From: Alphaproteobacteria bacterium
GTDB lineage: Bacteria > Pseudomonadota > Alphaproteobacteria > JAEUKQ01
Direction: 5' to 3'
Assembly: GCA_044227605.1 (NCBI GenBank)
Contig: JBGAWJ010000001.1
Location: 4,404 to 68,403, forward strand
Length of the DNA: 64,000 nt
In this document: positions 20,021-30,238 of the stretch, piece by piece
Layout: each line of letters begins with the position of its first letter
How positions within the stretch are numbered: the first letter of the stretch is position 1
Program-made: the position numbers and the translations under genes
The notes under the pieces: model-generated
What the model was told of the DNA's origin: nothing
Database searches by the model: none
The model's input: only the letters and a program-made list of their open reading frames with translations

Positions 20021-20452
20021 TCATGAAAATTTGAAAACAGCGCAAATAACGATGCCAATTAACAGCAAAGTTGGTATCTCGTTGACCCGCTTATAGAATC
20101 GAGGGTTATGGCGATTGCGGTCATGGGCAAAATCACGTTGCCAGCGGATACAAAGGATATGCATTAGCTGTAACCCCATTACCAAAGCTAGTTTGACATA
20201 AATCCATAATTCGTACCAATGCTGTCCCAACCATACTAAAGTCCCTCCCAAACCCCAGGTCATGATCATGGCTGGATTGATAATCACTTTTAATAAGCGA
20301 CGTTCCATCACCTTAAATATCTCAGCGGGTTGGTTGGTTGCAAGGAGCGTGGCATGATACGCGAAAAGCCTTGGCAGATACAACATACCTGCCATCCAAG
20401 CAACCACAAAAACCAAATGAAACACTTTAACCCATAAATAAATTTCATCCAT
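20021..20452 (-). CDS. hemJ: Protoporphyrinogen IX oxidase HemJ (UPF0093 / CopD-like membrane protein)
   Basis: The motifs YLWVKVFHLVFVVAWMAGMLYLPRLFAYH are typical of HemJ. I chose the start at the ATG that forms a TGATG overlap with the hemH stop; the track ORF runs 19 codons further. Confidence 0.75.
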   Translation of the reverse strand: MDEIYLWVKVFHLVFVVAWMAGMLYLPRLFAYHATLLATNQPAEIFKVMERRLLKVIINPAMIMTWGLGGTLVWLGQHWYELWIYVKLALVMGLQLMHILCIRWQRDFAHDRNRHNPRFYKRVNEIPTLLLIGIVICAVFKFS

Positions 20453-21519
20453 CACTGGCTCGCTTTCAGCTGGTTGCGTTGGTAGCACCCACTTTTGGAA
20501 GAAGGGCAATGACCTTTCAAAGAACAGTTCGTTATAGATGATTTCGACCGCACGGCCTGTTCCGTTAAATTCGTAAGTCCCTGGATAAATATTTCATCGG
20601 TACCCACGGTCGGTAGCCGTCTGTAAAAAGCGGCACCTGCTTCTAAAGCTAAATCCCGGTACGTGATATCCAGCTCAACCAGCGTTTCTGAATGCTCGGA
20701 TACAAAGGAAATCGGCACAATAACCAACCCTTGATGCTGGTTGCTAAGCTCGCGAATCACATCCTCACTATAAGGCTTGAGCCAAAGGACAGGCCCAACG
20801 CGGCTTTGATAGGTAATTTGCCATTGATCTGGCTGCAACCCTGCTTTTTCCGCTACCGCCGCCGCAGATATGGCAATATGGGTGTCATAGGGGTCACCTT
20901 GCTCCACAATTTTTTGCGGTAAGCCATGGGCAGAAAAAAGGACTCGGTAAGGGATTCCTGGAAAATCCTGCTGCAACTGGACAATTTCTTTTTGTAATGA
21001 TTTGGCCATCACTTCCGTAAAACCAGCCAATTCTGGATAACAACAAATACTGGTTACAGCAGCAGGGTGACCCTGTTTTCTCCACGTTTTTTGCCAATCA
21101 TCTAACGACGACGCGGTGGTGGTGGTCGAAAATTGGGGGTATAGGGGTAGGGCGATGATTTGGTTGGGGTTAAAATTTCTGACTTCTTCCGCCACTTGCT
21201 GGCTAAAGGGGTGCCAGTATCGCATCGAGATAAAAACTTTTACGACATCTTTGGTAAATCTTTGCTGCAGGTGCTTTTCCAGGATTTGTGCTTGTTTTTG
21301 GGTGTTTGCCAAAATCGGGCTGCCTCCGCCCAAATACCTATAGATTTTTTTGGCCTTTTCTTGCCGGCGCCATGTAATAAATTTAGCCAACAAAAACCTA
21401 AGGGGTTGTGGGGCTTTGATAATGGCTTTGTCTGAAAATAAATTATATAAAAAGCCTGTAACCGCTTCTTGGCTATCTGGGCCGCCTAAATTGAATAAAA
21501 TAACCGCTATACGAGCCAT
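20452..21519 (-). CDS. hemH: Ferrochelatase
   Basis: The 355-aa ORF shows ferrochelatase family similarity throughout (for example FSAHGLP, VGPVLWLKPY). Confidence 0.9.
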   Translation of the reverse strand: MARIAVILFNLGGPDSQEAVTGFLYNLFSDKAIIKAPQPLRFLLAKFITWRRQEKAKKIYRYLGGGSPILANTQKQAQILEKHLQQRFTKDVVKVFISMRYWHPFSQQVAEEVRNFNPNQIIALPLYPQFSTTTTASSLDDWQKTWRKQGHPAAVTSICCYPELAGFTEVMAKSLQKEIVQLQQDFPGIPYRVLFSAHGLPQKIVEQGDPYDTHIAISAAAVAEKAGLQPDQWQITYQSRVGPVLWLKPYSEDVIRELSNQHQGLVIVPISFVSEHSETLVELDITYRDLALEAGAAFYRRLPTVGTDEIFIQGLTNLTEQAVRSKSSITNCSLKGHCPSSKSGCYQRNQLKASQ

Positions 21520-22547
21520 TATTTTCCTCTCTTGACCAGTTCAACCAATTGGTAGACATTTTCCAATGGCGTTTGAGGAAGGATGCCGTGGCCTAAATTA
21601 AAGACAAATTTCTCCCTACCCATTGTTTGTATAATATTTTGTACTTCATTTCTTAAATTCTCTGGATCCCCAAGTAAGGTAAACGGATCTAGGTTTCCCT
21701 GGATGACATAAGACCGTTTAGTCGAGGTCTGCAACGATGGTAGGGGAACGGAACTATCTATGCTGATCGCATCTGCTTTTAATTGTTGCATATGGGGTAA
21801 ATAATTCCAATAACCACCTTTTGGAAAAATAATAATGGGTGTTTTAGGAAATTCCTTTTTTATTTCCTGGATAATGTAGGAAGTGGGGTTTATCCCCCAT
21901 TCCTTCATAGCCTCCACTGAGAGCAGTCCTATCCAGCTATCAAAAAGTTGGACTATTTCAACACCTGCCCTAATTTGCTCGGATAAATACCAGATGATTG
22001 CTTCCGACAATGTTTTAATTAATTGTTTAAATATCTGGGGTTTTTGGTAGGCAAGCAACCGCGTGTTAAAAAAATCCTTACTAGAGCCTTGATCAATCAT
22101 ATAGCAAGCCAGTGTCCACGGACAACCTGAAAACCCTATAAGGGTTGTTTCTGCAGGCAATTGGCTTTTGACAAGTTTTACGGTATCAAATATAGGGCTT
22201 AATTTTTCTTTGAACTGCTCCTTTAAAAAGGATAGGGGGTTTTCTATATTTTCAAGGGAGGAAAGCTTAGGGCCCTTGCCTTCCACAAAAGTTACCTCTT
22301 GTCCAAAAGCGTAAGGGATAACCAAAATATCAGAAAATAAGATAGCACCATCAAAACCAAATCTTCTAATGGGTTGTAACGTTGCTTCGGCTGCAAATAC
22401 TGGGTTTAAGCAAAAATCCATGAAATTTTTAGCTTGCCCGCGTAATTTTCTATATTCGGGTAGATATCTGCCAGCTTGCCGCATTAACCATATCGATGGG
22501 CGAGTATTTTCACGGGTAAAAGTTAAAAGTAATTCTTTTTTCATCAT
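21519..22547 (-). CDS. hemE: Uroporphyrinogen decarboxylase
   Basis: The N-terminus PIWLMRQAGRYLPEY is the HemE signature. It is translationally coupled to hemH through a 1-nt overlap. Confidence 0.9.
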   Translation of the reverse strand: MMKKELLLTFTRENTRPSIWLMRQAGRYLPEYRKLRGQAKNFMDFCLNPVFAAEATLQPIRRFGFDGAILFSDILVIPYAFGQEVTFVEGKGPKLSSLENIENPLSFLKEQFKEKLSPIFDTVKLVKSQLPAETTLIGFSGCPWTLACYMIDQGSSKDFFNTRLLAYQKPQIFKQLIKTLSEAIIWYLSEQIRAGVEIVQLFDSWIGLLSVEAMKEWGINPTSYIIQEIKKEFPKTPIIIFPKGGYWNYLPHMQQLKADAISIDSSVPLPSLQTSTKRSYVIQGNLDPFTLLGDPENLRNEVQNIIQTMGREKFVFNLGHGILPQTPLENVYQLVELVKRGK

Positions 22548-22843
22548 TAATATTTATATAAATAATATTAGTATTGGTAGTAGGGGGCTATAAATAGTGG
22601 AAATAAAAATTATTAAAATAGTATCAACAAACTTATCATTAATTTTTTTTATATAATATAGTGGTTAGAATGGATTAGGGAAGGTTTTCCAACTTATCCA
22701 CTAGTTCTATGAAAAAATATCCCCTTGTGAATAGATCAATGAATGAAATGTTAATAAAAGGGAAGAGAAAACAATGCAGGCTATTTATCCACAGTTTGTT
22801 AGAGATGCTAAAAAGGGGTGCTTTAAAGCACCAGGAAAAATAA
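22548..22843. other. oriC: Candidate chromosomal replication origin (oriC): AT-rich unwinding region plus DnaA boxes between hemE and maf
   Basis: The 296-bp intergenic region has a very AT-rich stretch (about 22550..22680). DnaA-box matches sit at 22694..22702 (TTATCCACT, 8/9), 22727..22735 (TGTGAATAG, reverse orientation, 7/9) and 22785..22793 (TTATCCACA, 9/9). Gene strand switches here, and hemE adjacency fits the conserved alphaproteobacterial ori position. Confidence 0.55.
22785..22793 (+). promoter_or_regulatory. Perfect DnaA box TTATCCACA
   Basis: This is an exact 9/9 match to the DnaA-box consensus, inside the hemE-maf intergenic region. Confidence 0.55.
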
Positions 22844-23434
22844 ATGGATAACATCGTTTTGGCATCAAGTAGCAAGATTCGGGCTATTTTACTTAAAAAT
22901 GCCGGGATTAGGTTTAAAGTACAACCGGCGGATATTGATGAAAATAAAGTGCGCCGGGCCATGGCCACCAAGCCAATCCACGCTCAAAAAATCTCTCATA
23001 TACTGGCCTTAGAAAAAGCACGGAACGTCTCCGCGTTGGTAAAAAACAGCTATATTATCGGGGCCGACCAAGTATTGATTGCCCAAGAAAAGATTTTTGA
23101 AAAACCTGGAACTGAGAAAAAGGCCGTGCAACAATTGTTGGAACTTGCGGGTAAAACCCATCAATTGTGGACAAGTTGTGTTGTTGTTAAAGACGGGAAG
23201 GAACGATGGCATTATACCGCCAAAGCCTCGATGAAACTGGCCAGCCTTTCGCCAGCCAGTGTAGAGGGATATATTAAACGTAACCCGCGGGTGGTTGATT
23301 GTGTTGGTTCTTACCAATTGGAGGGGGAGGGGATCCAACTTTTCGAGAAAATTAGAGGTGACTATTTTTCCATTCTTGGATTACCATTGCATCCTTTGAT
23401 CCTTTTCTTAAAAAAAGAACTATTACTAAGATAA
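22844..23434 (+). CDS. maf: Maf-like nucleotide pyrophosphatase (septum formation protein Maf)
   Basis: The N-terminus VLASSSKIRAILLKNAGI and the remaining Maf motifs are present over 196 aa. Confidence 0.85.
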   Translation: MDNIVLASSSKIRAILLKNAGIRFKVQPADIDENKVRRAMATKPIHAQKISHILALEKARNVSALVKNSYIIGADQVLIAQEKIFEKPGTEKKAVQQLLELAGKTHQLWTSCVVVKDGKERWHYTAKASMKLASLSPASVEGYIKRNPRVVDCVGSYQLEGEGIQLFEKIRGDYFSILGLPLHPLILFLKKELLLR

Positions 23435-23455
23435 TAGGGAAAAAATCGGCAAATT

Positions 23456-24073
23456 ATGAAAATATTTGGGTTAACAGGAAATATGGCAACCGGCAAAACC
23501 ACGTTGGCCAAAATTTTACATCAAAAAAAAATTCCTGTTTTTGAAGCAGACAAACAAGTTAAATTTTTACAAAGCCAGTCGCAAGCAATTCGGACGCTTT
23601 TGGCCGAAAAAGGCTTGGTTGCGGATGCAGAAAAGCCAATTCCTTCTAAACAGATGCGGGAATTAATTTTAAAATCCCCCCAACTTTTAAAGGAGTTGGA
23701 AGCCATATATCATCCAGCTGTCCATGTTTTGGAAACAAAATTCATTAGGCAAGCGTATCGGCAACGGCGCAAGGTTATTTTCCTAGATATCCCCTTGTTA
23801 TTTGAGGTTGCAGCGTACCAAGGTCGGTTCGATGCTGTTTTTTTATCCTATGTCCCGCCCTCTATCCAAAAACAACGGGCTTTCAAAAGAAAGAACATGA
23901 CAGTGGAGTGGTTCTCATTCATTACCTCCCGGCAATTACCGTCTAAATGGAAAATGAAATACTCCCAAGCTGTTATCACAACTGGCCTGACTTTAAGGGA
24001 TAGCCGCTGGCAATTCCTTAGTAAATTAAAAGCCTTTTTAAGCCAGAAACCTTCTGATCAAAAACATCCTTAA
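23456..24073 (+). CDS. coaE: Dephospho-CoA kinase
   Basis: The P-loop GLTGNMATGKTT is present, along with CoaE-like FEADK and HPAV motifs. It occupies the conserved maf-coaE-dnaQ position. Confidence 0.8.
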   Translation: MKIFGLTGNMATGKTTLAKILHQKKIPVFEADKQVKFLQSQSQAIRTLLAEKGLVADAEKPIPSKQMRELILKSPQLLKELEAIYHPAVHVLETKFIRQAYRQRRKVIFLDIPLLFEVAAYQGRFDAVFLSYVPPSIQKQRAFKRKNMTVEWFSFITSRQLPSKWKMKYSQAVITTGLTLRDSRWQFLSKLKAFLSQKPSDQKHP

Positions 24074-24083
24074 GGAATGCGAC

Positions 24084-24767
24084 ATGCGTGAAATTATCCT
24101 GGATACCGAAACAACAGGGTTGGATCCGGAAAAAGGGGATCGGGTGATTGAAATTGCTTGCCTGGAGTTGCTTAATCATCTGCCCACGGGACGGTTCCTG
24201 CAATATTACATAAATCCCGAAAGGCTGGTTCCAGCCGATGCAGTGGCTATTCATGGTATTACGAGCGAGTTTCTAGCAGATAAACCGAAATTTCCCGAAA
24301 TAATATCCAGTTTCCTTGATTTTATTGCAGACTCGCCTTTTGTTATCCACAATGCAGACTTTGATATCCGGTTTCTCAATGCAGAATTGACCCGGGTTAA
24401 ACATCCGCCTTTTCCCTTATCCCGCAGCGTGGATACGATCCTATTGGCGCGTCAAAAATTTCCAGGTGCCCCGGCCAGTTTAGATGCCTTATGCCGACGG
24501 TTTAATATTGACACGAGCCACCGGGCAAAACATGGAGCATTGGTGGATTGTCAATTATTGGCCCAAGTTTATTTGGAATTACGGGGGGGAAGACAAAAAG
24601 GTTTTGCCTTGGATTCCCTTGAATCTTCCCATAATTCTTTAACCAAACCACAAGTGCGGAAAAATTTTTCAAGGAAATTAATCATCCCCCCTTCCCCCAA
24701 CGAGGATGCTGATCACCAACATGTCCTGCAAAAATTACGTAAAGCACTATGGTTCCAGCTAAAATAA
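24084..24767 (+). CDS. dnaQ: DNA polymerase III epsilon subunit (3'-5' proofreading exonuclease)
   Basis: Exo I motif LDTETTG is present, followed by the Exo II and III motifs (HNADFD, HGALVDCQLLAQVY). Confidence 0.85.
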   Translation: MREIILDTETTGLDPEKGDRVIEIACLELLNHLPTGRFLQYYINPERLVPADAVAIHGITSEFLADKPKFPEIISSFLDFIADSPFVIHNADFDIRFLNAELTRVKHPPFPLSRSVDTILLARQKFPGAPASLDALCRRFNIDTSHRAKHGALVDCQLLAQVYLELRGGRQKGFALDSLESSHNSLTKPQVRKNFSRKLIIPPSPNEDADHQHVLQKLRKALWFQLK

Positions 24768-24785
24768 TGCTCAATTCTTAATTTT

Positions 24786-25331
24786 TTATTGAATTGAGGC
24801 ACTTTCCGCAGCAGGGTTGCTCAACTGGCGTTGACGTTCCTGGTACAACGCTGCAAAATCGATTGGTTGTAATTGGGGCAACGGAATGACCCCATCCCTT
24901 GAAAGGTTCATAATAATTTGCCTGGCAAAGGGGAATAGCATCCGAGGGGCTTCAATCATCAATAAGGGTTCAATTGCCTCAACCGGCACTGATTGCAAAT
25001 GGAATAAACCAGCATATTCAATTTCTGCTAAGCATTTGAAATTTTCTTGGACAGTAGATTCGATTAAAATCTTCAGGATCACTTCAAAATCGCTGGTGTT
25101 AAATTGTGCAACCCGGATATCAAATTTTATATTCCCCTTGGGTGTTTTAACGCCTTGTTGCAGAATTTCGACCGCATTTGGATTTTCAAAAGATAAATCC
25201 TTCAAATATTGCGAAACTAACGTAAAACTGGGGCCCTTCTTGTCCCTATCAACGCCTTCGACCTTCGATGAAGATGCGGGGGCTGCTTCTTTATCAACGG
25301 CGTTTTTGGGAGCGCGTGAATTTTCTGTCAT
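24786..25331 (-). CDS. secB: Protein-export chaperone SecB
   Basis: The 181-aa ORF contains the SecB core (FTLVSQYLKDLSFENP...) and an acidic C-terminus. Confidence 0.85.
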   Translation of the reverse strand: MTENSRAPKNAVDKEAAPASSSKVEGVDRDKKGPSFTLVSQYLKDLSFENPNAVEILQQGVKTPKGNIKFDIRVAQFNTSDFEVILKILIESTVQENFKCLAEIEYAGLFHLQSVPVEAIEPLLMIEAPRMLFPFARQIIMNLSRDGVIPLPQLQPIDFAALYQERQRQLSNPAAESASIQ

Positions 25332-25599
25332 GTACCATATTCCCTAACAATAATAACTTTACCAAAAGAAGTTTAGCAACCCTTATGCCCGAACCTGTCT
25401 TTTTTAGCAAGTATCTTGAACGATTATTCACCAAACATATTTGGTAAAATACCAAATAAATAAATCCATTGATAGTATTGCTCGGCGGCGGATTTTTGAA
25501 CAATACAATTTGCCTTTTCCACGGTATTTGCTAGAATTATTAAGAGAAGGCGAGTTTTTTTAACCCCTTTATGTTTAATAATTGTGTAGAATAAAATAA

Positions 25600-26283
25600 A
25601 TGACAAATACGGATTGGCTTCAGATTATTATTTTTGCTGCTATCGCCCTATTCTTTTTTTTCCGGCTGCGTAGTGTGTTGGGACAAAAAACCGGCGAAGA
25701 ACATAAGCAGGGTAAGCTATTGACCCCCAAATCCCTAAGGCCCGTGCCCCTAAGGCCGCAGGATCAGATGGCGGTAAAGAATAAAATTGACAGCGATCAA
25801 GAAATCGCTTCTGTGTTGGTCGGGCAAGACCAGGTAGCTGATTTAAAGAAACTGCAAGCTATTTTCCCTGCCTTTCAGCCTAGTTCCTTTTTAAAAGGTG
25901 CTAAAATCGCTTTTGAAGCGGTTTTGCACGCTTACGCCGAAGGGGATACCAAAACACTAAAATCCTTGGTTGATCAAGAAATTTTTGACGCTTTTTCTGG
26001 GTCTATTATTGAGCGCCAAAATAAAGGCCAGCAACAGCAAACCCTGATTGTGGCGATTAATGACGCGAAAATAGAATCAATTAAAATTGAAAACAGTCAA
26101 GCGTTCCTCACGGTTTTGATAATCTCCGAGCAAATTAATACCGTTCGCAACCAAGATGGACAAGTAATTGAGGGGGATGCAACGGCTGTCAGGAACATTC
26201 GCGACCTTTGGACTTTCCGCAAGGATTTGCGTAATATGGATCCGAATTGGCTGTTGGTGGCCACCCATAATGCCGAAGATTAG
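25600..26283 (+). CDS. Tim44-like domain membrane protein (alphaproteobacterial secB neighbour)
   Basis: An N-terminal transmembrane helix and C-terminal Tim44-like fold are present. Divergent pairing with secB is typical of alphaproteobacteria. Confidence 0.6.
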   Translation: MTNTDWLQIIIFAAIALFFFFRLRSVLGQKTGEEHKQGKLLTPKSLRPVPLRPQDQMAVKNKIDSDQEIASVLVGQDQVADLKKLQAIFPAFQPSSFLKGAKIAFEAVLHAYAEGDTKTLKSLVDQEIFDAFSGSIIERQNKGQQQQTLIVAINDAKIESIKIENSQAFLTVLIISEQINTVRNQDGQVIEGDATAVRNIRDLWTFRKDLRNMDPNWLLVATHNAED

Positions 26284-27541
26284 ACGCTTTTTATCGCGCC
26301 ATCCGATTGCCGTCGTCCTTTTTATGTGTCTGCTAGTTTTGGGAACGTGGCTCTGGATTAAGAGCCGGCCGTCATCCGTGCCAATGACTCTTTTACCGCA
26401 AAAAATATGGCTAACCCCTATATCGTTCCAGCAATTGCCGGGTTGGGCGCAGGATAATATTGGGGAAATCATTCCTGCCTTAGAGAATTCTTGCGCAAAA
26501 TATAAAAAACTGGCGCCAGAGCGACCCGTAGGCAATGCCGATTGGCGGATAAAAGTGGCAGATTGGTTACCGCTTTGCCAAGAATTAGGCCTTATAGGTT
26601 CTAGCTTTTCGGATGTTGCAAGATTTCTAGAAAAATGGTTGCAACCCGTTGCTTTACAACCATTCCAAGCCATCCCCGGGCTTTTCACCGGTTATTATGA
26701 GCCAGAAATTCAGGGATCAACGCTTCCTGATGCCAAGCACCAAATTCCTCTTTACCGTGTCCCCGATGATTTGATTATCGTTGATCTCGGTAAATTTCGG
26801 GAAGAATGGAAGAACCAACAAATTATTGGTCGGATTACGGATGGGACGCTTCAACCTTACTATACCCGTGAACAAATCGCCCAAGGCGCCCTAAAAGGCA
26901 AAGGGCAAGAAATTATCTGGCTACAGGATAGGATTGATGGGTTTTTCCTGGAAATTCAGGGATCAGGGGTCATAAGGTTACCGGATAATCAACAGCTCCG
27001 AGTGGGCTATGCTGGCAAAAACGGCCATCCCTACCGGGCGGTTGGTGCCAAATTCATCCAAGACGGAATCCTAACCCGGGAACAGGTCAGTCTGCAGTCC
27101 ATCCGCCAGTGGCTTAGCCGTCATCCGGAACAGCAGCAAAAGTTCATGAATTTTAACCCTAGCTATGTTTTTTTCAACCTTCTGCCCGCTGATATAAAGG
27201 GTGCCATTGGGGCGCAAGGGGTGGTTCTGACGGCTGGCCGCAGTATGGCGGTTGATCCGGCCTATATCCCCTTGGGAACCTTGCTGTGGCTTGATACTAC
27301 TTGGCCATCCGCTCTTAATGGGGCGGAGGGGGGTGGCAGTCCTGTGCCAGAAAGAAAATTGCAACGGTTGATGATTGCCCAGGATACAGGGGGGGCAATT
27401 AAAGGACCGATTCGGGGGGATGTTTTTTGGGGGACGGGTGAGGCTGCAGGGAACATTGCGGGTTATATGAAACAAAACGGTACCTATTATCTGATTGTCC
27501 CTAAAACAGTTTCAATCCCAGCCGAATTAACAGTTAAGTAA
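26270..27541 (+). CDS. mltA: Membrane-bound lytic murein transglycosylase A
   Basis: The MltA domain and a 3D domain (AVDPAYIPLGTLLWLD) are present. I chose the start at ATG 26270 (MPKIRRF), which avoids a long overlap with the upstream gene. Confidence 0.8.
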   Translation: MPKIRRFLSRHPIAVVLFMCLLVLGTWLWIKSRPSSVPMTLLPQKIWLTPISFQQLPGWAQDNIGEIIPALENSCAKYKKLAPERPVGNADWRIKVADWLPLCQELGLIGSSFSDVARFLEKWLQPVALQPFQAIPGLFTGYYEPEIQGSTLPDAKHQIPLYRVPDDLIIVDLGKFREEWKNQQIIGRITDGTLQPYYTREQIAQGALKGKGQEIIWLQDRIDGFFLEIQGSGVIRLPDNQQLRVGYAGKNGHPYRAVGAKFIQDGILTREQVSLQSIRQWLSRHPEQQQKFMNFNPSYVFFNLLPADIKGAIGAQGVVLTAGRSMAVDPAYIPLGTLLWLDTTWPSALNGAEGGGSPVPERKLQRLMIAQDTGGAIKGPIRGDVFWGTGEAAGNIAGYMKQNGTYYLIVPKTVSIPAELTVK

Positions 27542-27595
27542 GCGTATGCCTGGTTACCCACTATGGCCCCAAAGCAATGAGAATAGTTTTTAGAA

Positions 27596-28165
27596 ATGAC
27601 CCAAAGAAAATCAAGCAAATCGATGGTAGCGCTAGATGGCAAGCTTTGGGAACAGGTTATTAAAAATGTCCAGCCCCTTAAAAACAAAAGAATAAAAATT
27701 TTACTAAGCGTTCCCCAAGAAATTCTAGCCCCTCCAATCATTCGTTCCCCAAGAAAAAAACCTATTATTGAAAGACAACCGGTCGTTCGATCGCAGCCTA
27801 ACCCTCAACCTTCCTTATCCGTTGGGGATCTACAGCAATTGGATCGCCGTCTGCAGCAAAAGATGAAGCGGGGCGAATTGACCATTTCTGCGACCTTAGA
27901 TTTGCATGGCTTAACGCAGGATAGAGCGATTATCCGATTAACCTCCTTTCTCAATCAAGCTTACGCCCAGCAAAACCGCTGTGTGTTGGTGATTACCGGT
28001 AAAGGGGCAGGGGGGTTAAAAGCCGGGGTTTTACAGCAGGTTGTACCCCAATGGCTGAATACCCAACCCCTTCGCACCATCATCCTGGCTTTTTGCTACG
28101 CCCAGCGGAATCAAGGGGGGCAAGGGGCTTTATATGTGTTGCTGAAAAGAAATAAACTTTTATAA
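27596..28165 (+). CDS. Smr-domain protein
   Basis: The C-terminal Smr domain reads LDLHGLTQDRAI...VLVITGKG. Confidence 0.7.
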   Translation: MTQRKSSKSMVALDGKLWEQVIKNVQPLKNKRIKILLSVPQEILAPPIIRSPRKKPIIERQPVVRSQPNPQPSLSVGDLQQLDRRLQQKMKRGELTISATLDLHGLTQDRAIIRLTSFLNQAYAQQNRCVLVITGKGAGGLKAGVLQQVVPQWLNTQPLRTIILAFCYAQRNQGGQGALYVLLKRNKLL

Positions 28166-28227
28166 AAAGGTAAGGATGACGAGGAAATGGGTATTCAAAA
28201 AAAATAGATAAACCTGCCAAGCAACAT

Positions 28228-28836
28228 TTGACCCTATATAGCCATCCTGATTCAGGCCATTGTTACAAAGTTAAGTTAATGATGGCAATTGCGGGCTTGG
28301 CCCATGACTATCAAATCATCGATATTAATATCCCGCGGCCGCAAAGGCCGGAGTCTTTTAAAAAACTAGCAAAATTCGGGGAAGTGCCTTTACTAACCGC
28401 TGGTCAACAAGCTTATGTCCAATCCAATGCGATTTTGATGTTTTTAGCAAACCGCACCAAAAAATTTGGGGCAGAGAATGAAATATTGCTGTCAAAAGTA
28501 CGGGAATGGCTATTCTGGGAGGCTAACCGCTTAGGTTTTAGCCTGCCTAATTTGCGCTATGCCCGGCGTTTCGCACCACAAAATTATCCGGCAGGCGCTA
28601 TTTCTTGGATTGAAGGGCGGTATAAAACAGATATTAGCCGTTTAGAAGAAGAATTGGCGGATGGAAGAACTTTCATCACCGGAGAAAAGCTAACAATAGC
28701 TGATTTTTCCCTGTGCGGATACTTATTTTGGGCAGAACAGGCTGAGGTTGATGTACCCCAAAAGGTTCAACAATGGTTGCAACGAATAAGCAAGATTCCA
28801 GGTTGGGGACACCCAGACAGCTTATTGAAAGAATAG
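28228..28836 (+). CDS. Glutathione S-transferase
   Basis: The N-terminal thioredoxin-like GST domain (LYSHPDSGHCYKV, VPLL) and a C-terminal helical domain are present. Confidence 0.75.
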   Translation: MTLYSHPDSGHCYKVKLMMAIAGLAHDYQIIDINIPRPQRPESFKKLAKFGEVPLLTAGQQAYVQSNAILMFLANRTKKFGAENEILLSKVREWLFWEANRLGFSLPNLRYARRFAPQNYPAGAISWIEGRYKTDISRLEEELADGRTFITGEKLTIADFSLCGYLFWAEQAEVDVPQKVQQWLQRISKIPGWGHPDSLLKE

Positions 28837-28891
28837 GCAAGGCCACACAATCTATAAATTGTATTGTGCAGCCTTTATTGTTTTCATGAGC

Positions 28892-30238
28892 CTAAAGGAT
28901 GAATTTGCTAAGGTCGGTGTTTTTCGCAAGTCCGGCAATCCGTTCTTGCACATAGGCATCATCGATGGTAATCGTCGATCCGGCTTGGTCACTGGCTTGG
29001 AAACTGATCTCTTCCAGCAGTTTCTCTAAAACCGTATGGAGGCGACGGGCACCGATATTTTCAACGGTTGAATTGATCATGGCGGCTAAATCCGATAAAC
29101 TATCAATGGCTTCTTCCGTAAAGTGCAAGGTAATATCTTCGGTTTTTAACAAAGCTTTATATTGTTTGATCAAGCTGGTTTCAGGTTCCCGCAGAATGCG
29201 TTTAAAATCATCGCGGCTTAAAGCCTTAAGCTCCACCCGGATCGGCAAACGCCCTTGCAATTCTGGCAATAAATCAGATGGCTTAGCCATATGGAAAGCA
29301 CCTGATGCAATAAATAAAATATGATCGGTTTTAACAGTGCCGTATTTTGTGGGGACTTGCGTACCCTCAATCAATGGTAATAGGTCACGTTGCACCCCCT
29401 CACGGCTGACATCCGCCCCCATCCGCTCGGATCTCGCGCAAATCTTGTCGATTTCGTCGATGAAAACAATGCCGTTTTCCTCAACTGTTTTAATGGCTTC
29501 TTGAACCATTTTTTCCTGATCCAGCAGTTTATCGCTTTCCTCGACAATCAATATTTTATAGCTTTCCGCAACGGTTGTACGACGGGTTTTGGTGCGCCCG
29601 CCCATGGCCTGCCCAAGGATATCATTGAGGTTAAGCATGCCCATGCTGGCCCCGGGCATCCCCGGGATATCAAAGGTCGGCAAGCGGTTGCCCGTATCTT
29701 TCACCTGTATTTCAATTTCTTTTTGGTCGAGTTCGCCTGTCCGTAACATTTTACGGAATTTAGCGCGGGTTTCAGGGGCCGATGATTCCCCAACCAAGGC
29801 ATCCAGAACCCTTTCTTCTGCCATAATTTCAGCTTTACTGGTGACTTCTTTGCGCATGCGTTCGCGTGTTTGGCTTACACTGATTTCTATTAAATCACGG
29901 ATGATCTGCTCGACGTCCCGGCCGACATAACCTATTTCTGTAAATTTGGTTGCCTCAACCTTAATAAAGGGGGCTTGTGCGAGTTTAGCCAAGCGGCGGG
30001 CGATTTCTGTTTTGCCAACCCCTGTAGGGCCTATCATCAGAATGTTTTTTGGCAAGACTTCATCGCGAAGTTCGGCAGGCAATTGTTGGCGCCGCCAGCG
30101 ATTACGCAAGGCGACAGCCACTGCTTTCTTTGCCTCATGCTGGCCGATAATATACCGGTCTAGTTCCGAGACAATCTCCCGTGGGCTGAAATTGGCAGCG
30201 GTGGAGGGGGGATTTGAGGTGGTTAAATGATCGTTCAT
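28892..30238 (-). CDS. hslU: ATP-dependent protease ATPase subunit HslU
   Basis: The Walker A motif [15 protein letters not shown] is present, and the 448-aa protein is HslU-like over its full length. Confidence 0.95.
   Translation of the reverse strand: MNDHLTTSNPPSTAANFSPREIVSELDRYIIGQHEAKKAVAVALRNRWRRQQLPAELRDEVLPKNILMIGPTGVGKTEIARRLAKLAQAPFIKVEATKFTEIGYVGRDVEQIIRDLIEISVSQTRERMRKEVTSKAEIMAEERVLDALVGESSAPETRAKFRKMLRTGELDQKEIEIQVKDTGNRLPTFDIPGMPGASMGMLNLNDILGQAMGGRTKTRRTTVAESYKILIVEESDKLLDQEKMVQEAIKTVEENGIVFIDEIDKICARSERMGADVSREGVQRDLLPLIEGTQVPTKYGTVKTDHILFIASGAFHMAKPSDLLPELQGRLPIRVELKALSRDDFKRILREPETSLIKQYKALLKTEDITLHFTEEAIDSLSDLAAMINSTVENIGARRLHTVLEKLLEEISFQASDQAGSTITIDDAYVQERIAGLAKNTDLSKFIL

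Noticed and set aside
22675-22971. 98-aa minus-strand ORF spanning the ori candidate and the maf start
   Set aside because: It is an AT-rich low-complexity translation, overlaps the well-supported maf N-terminus, and has no ribosome-binding site. Its DnaA boxes and DNA unwinding element are better explained as an origin.
29390-30230. Several 60 to 120 aa plus-strand ORFs
   Set aside because: All are antisense to hslU and are shadow ORFs.
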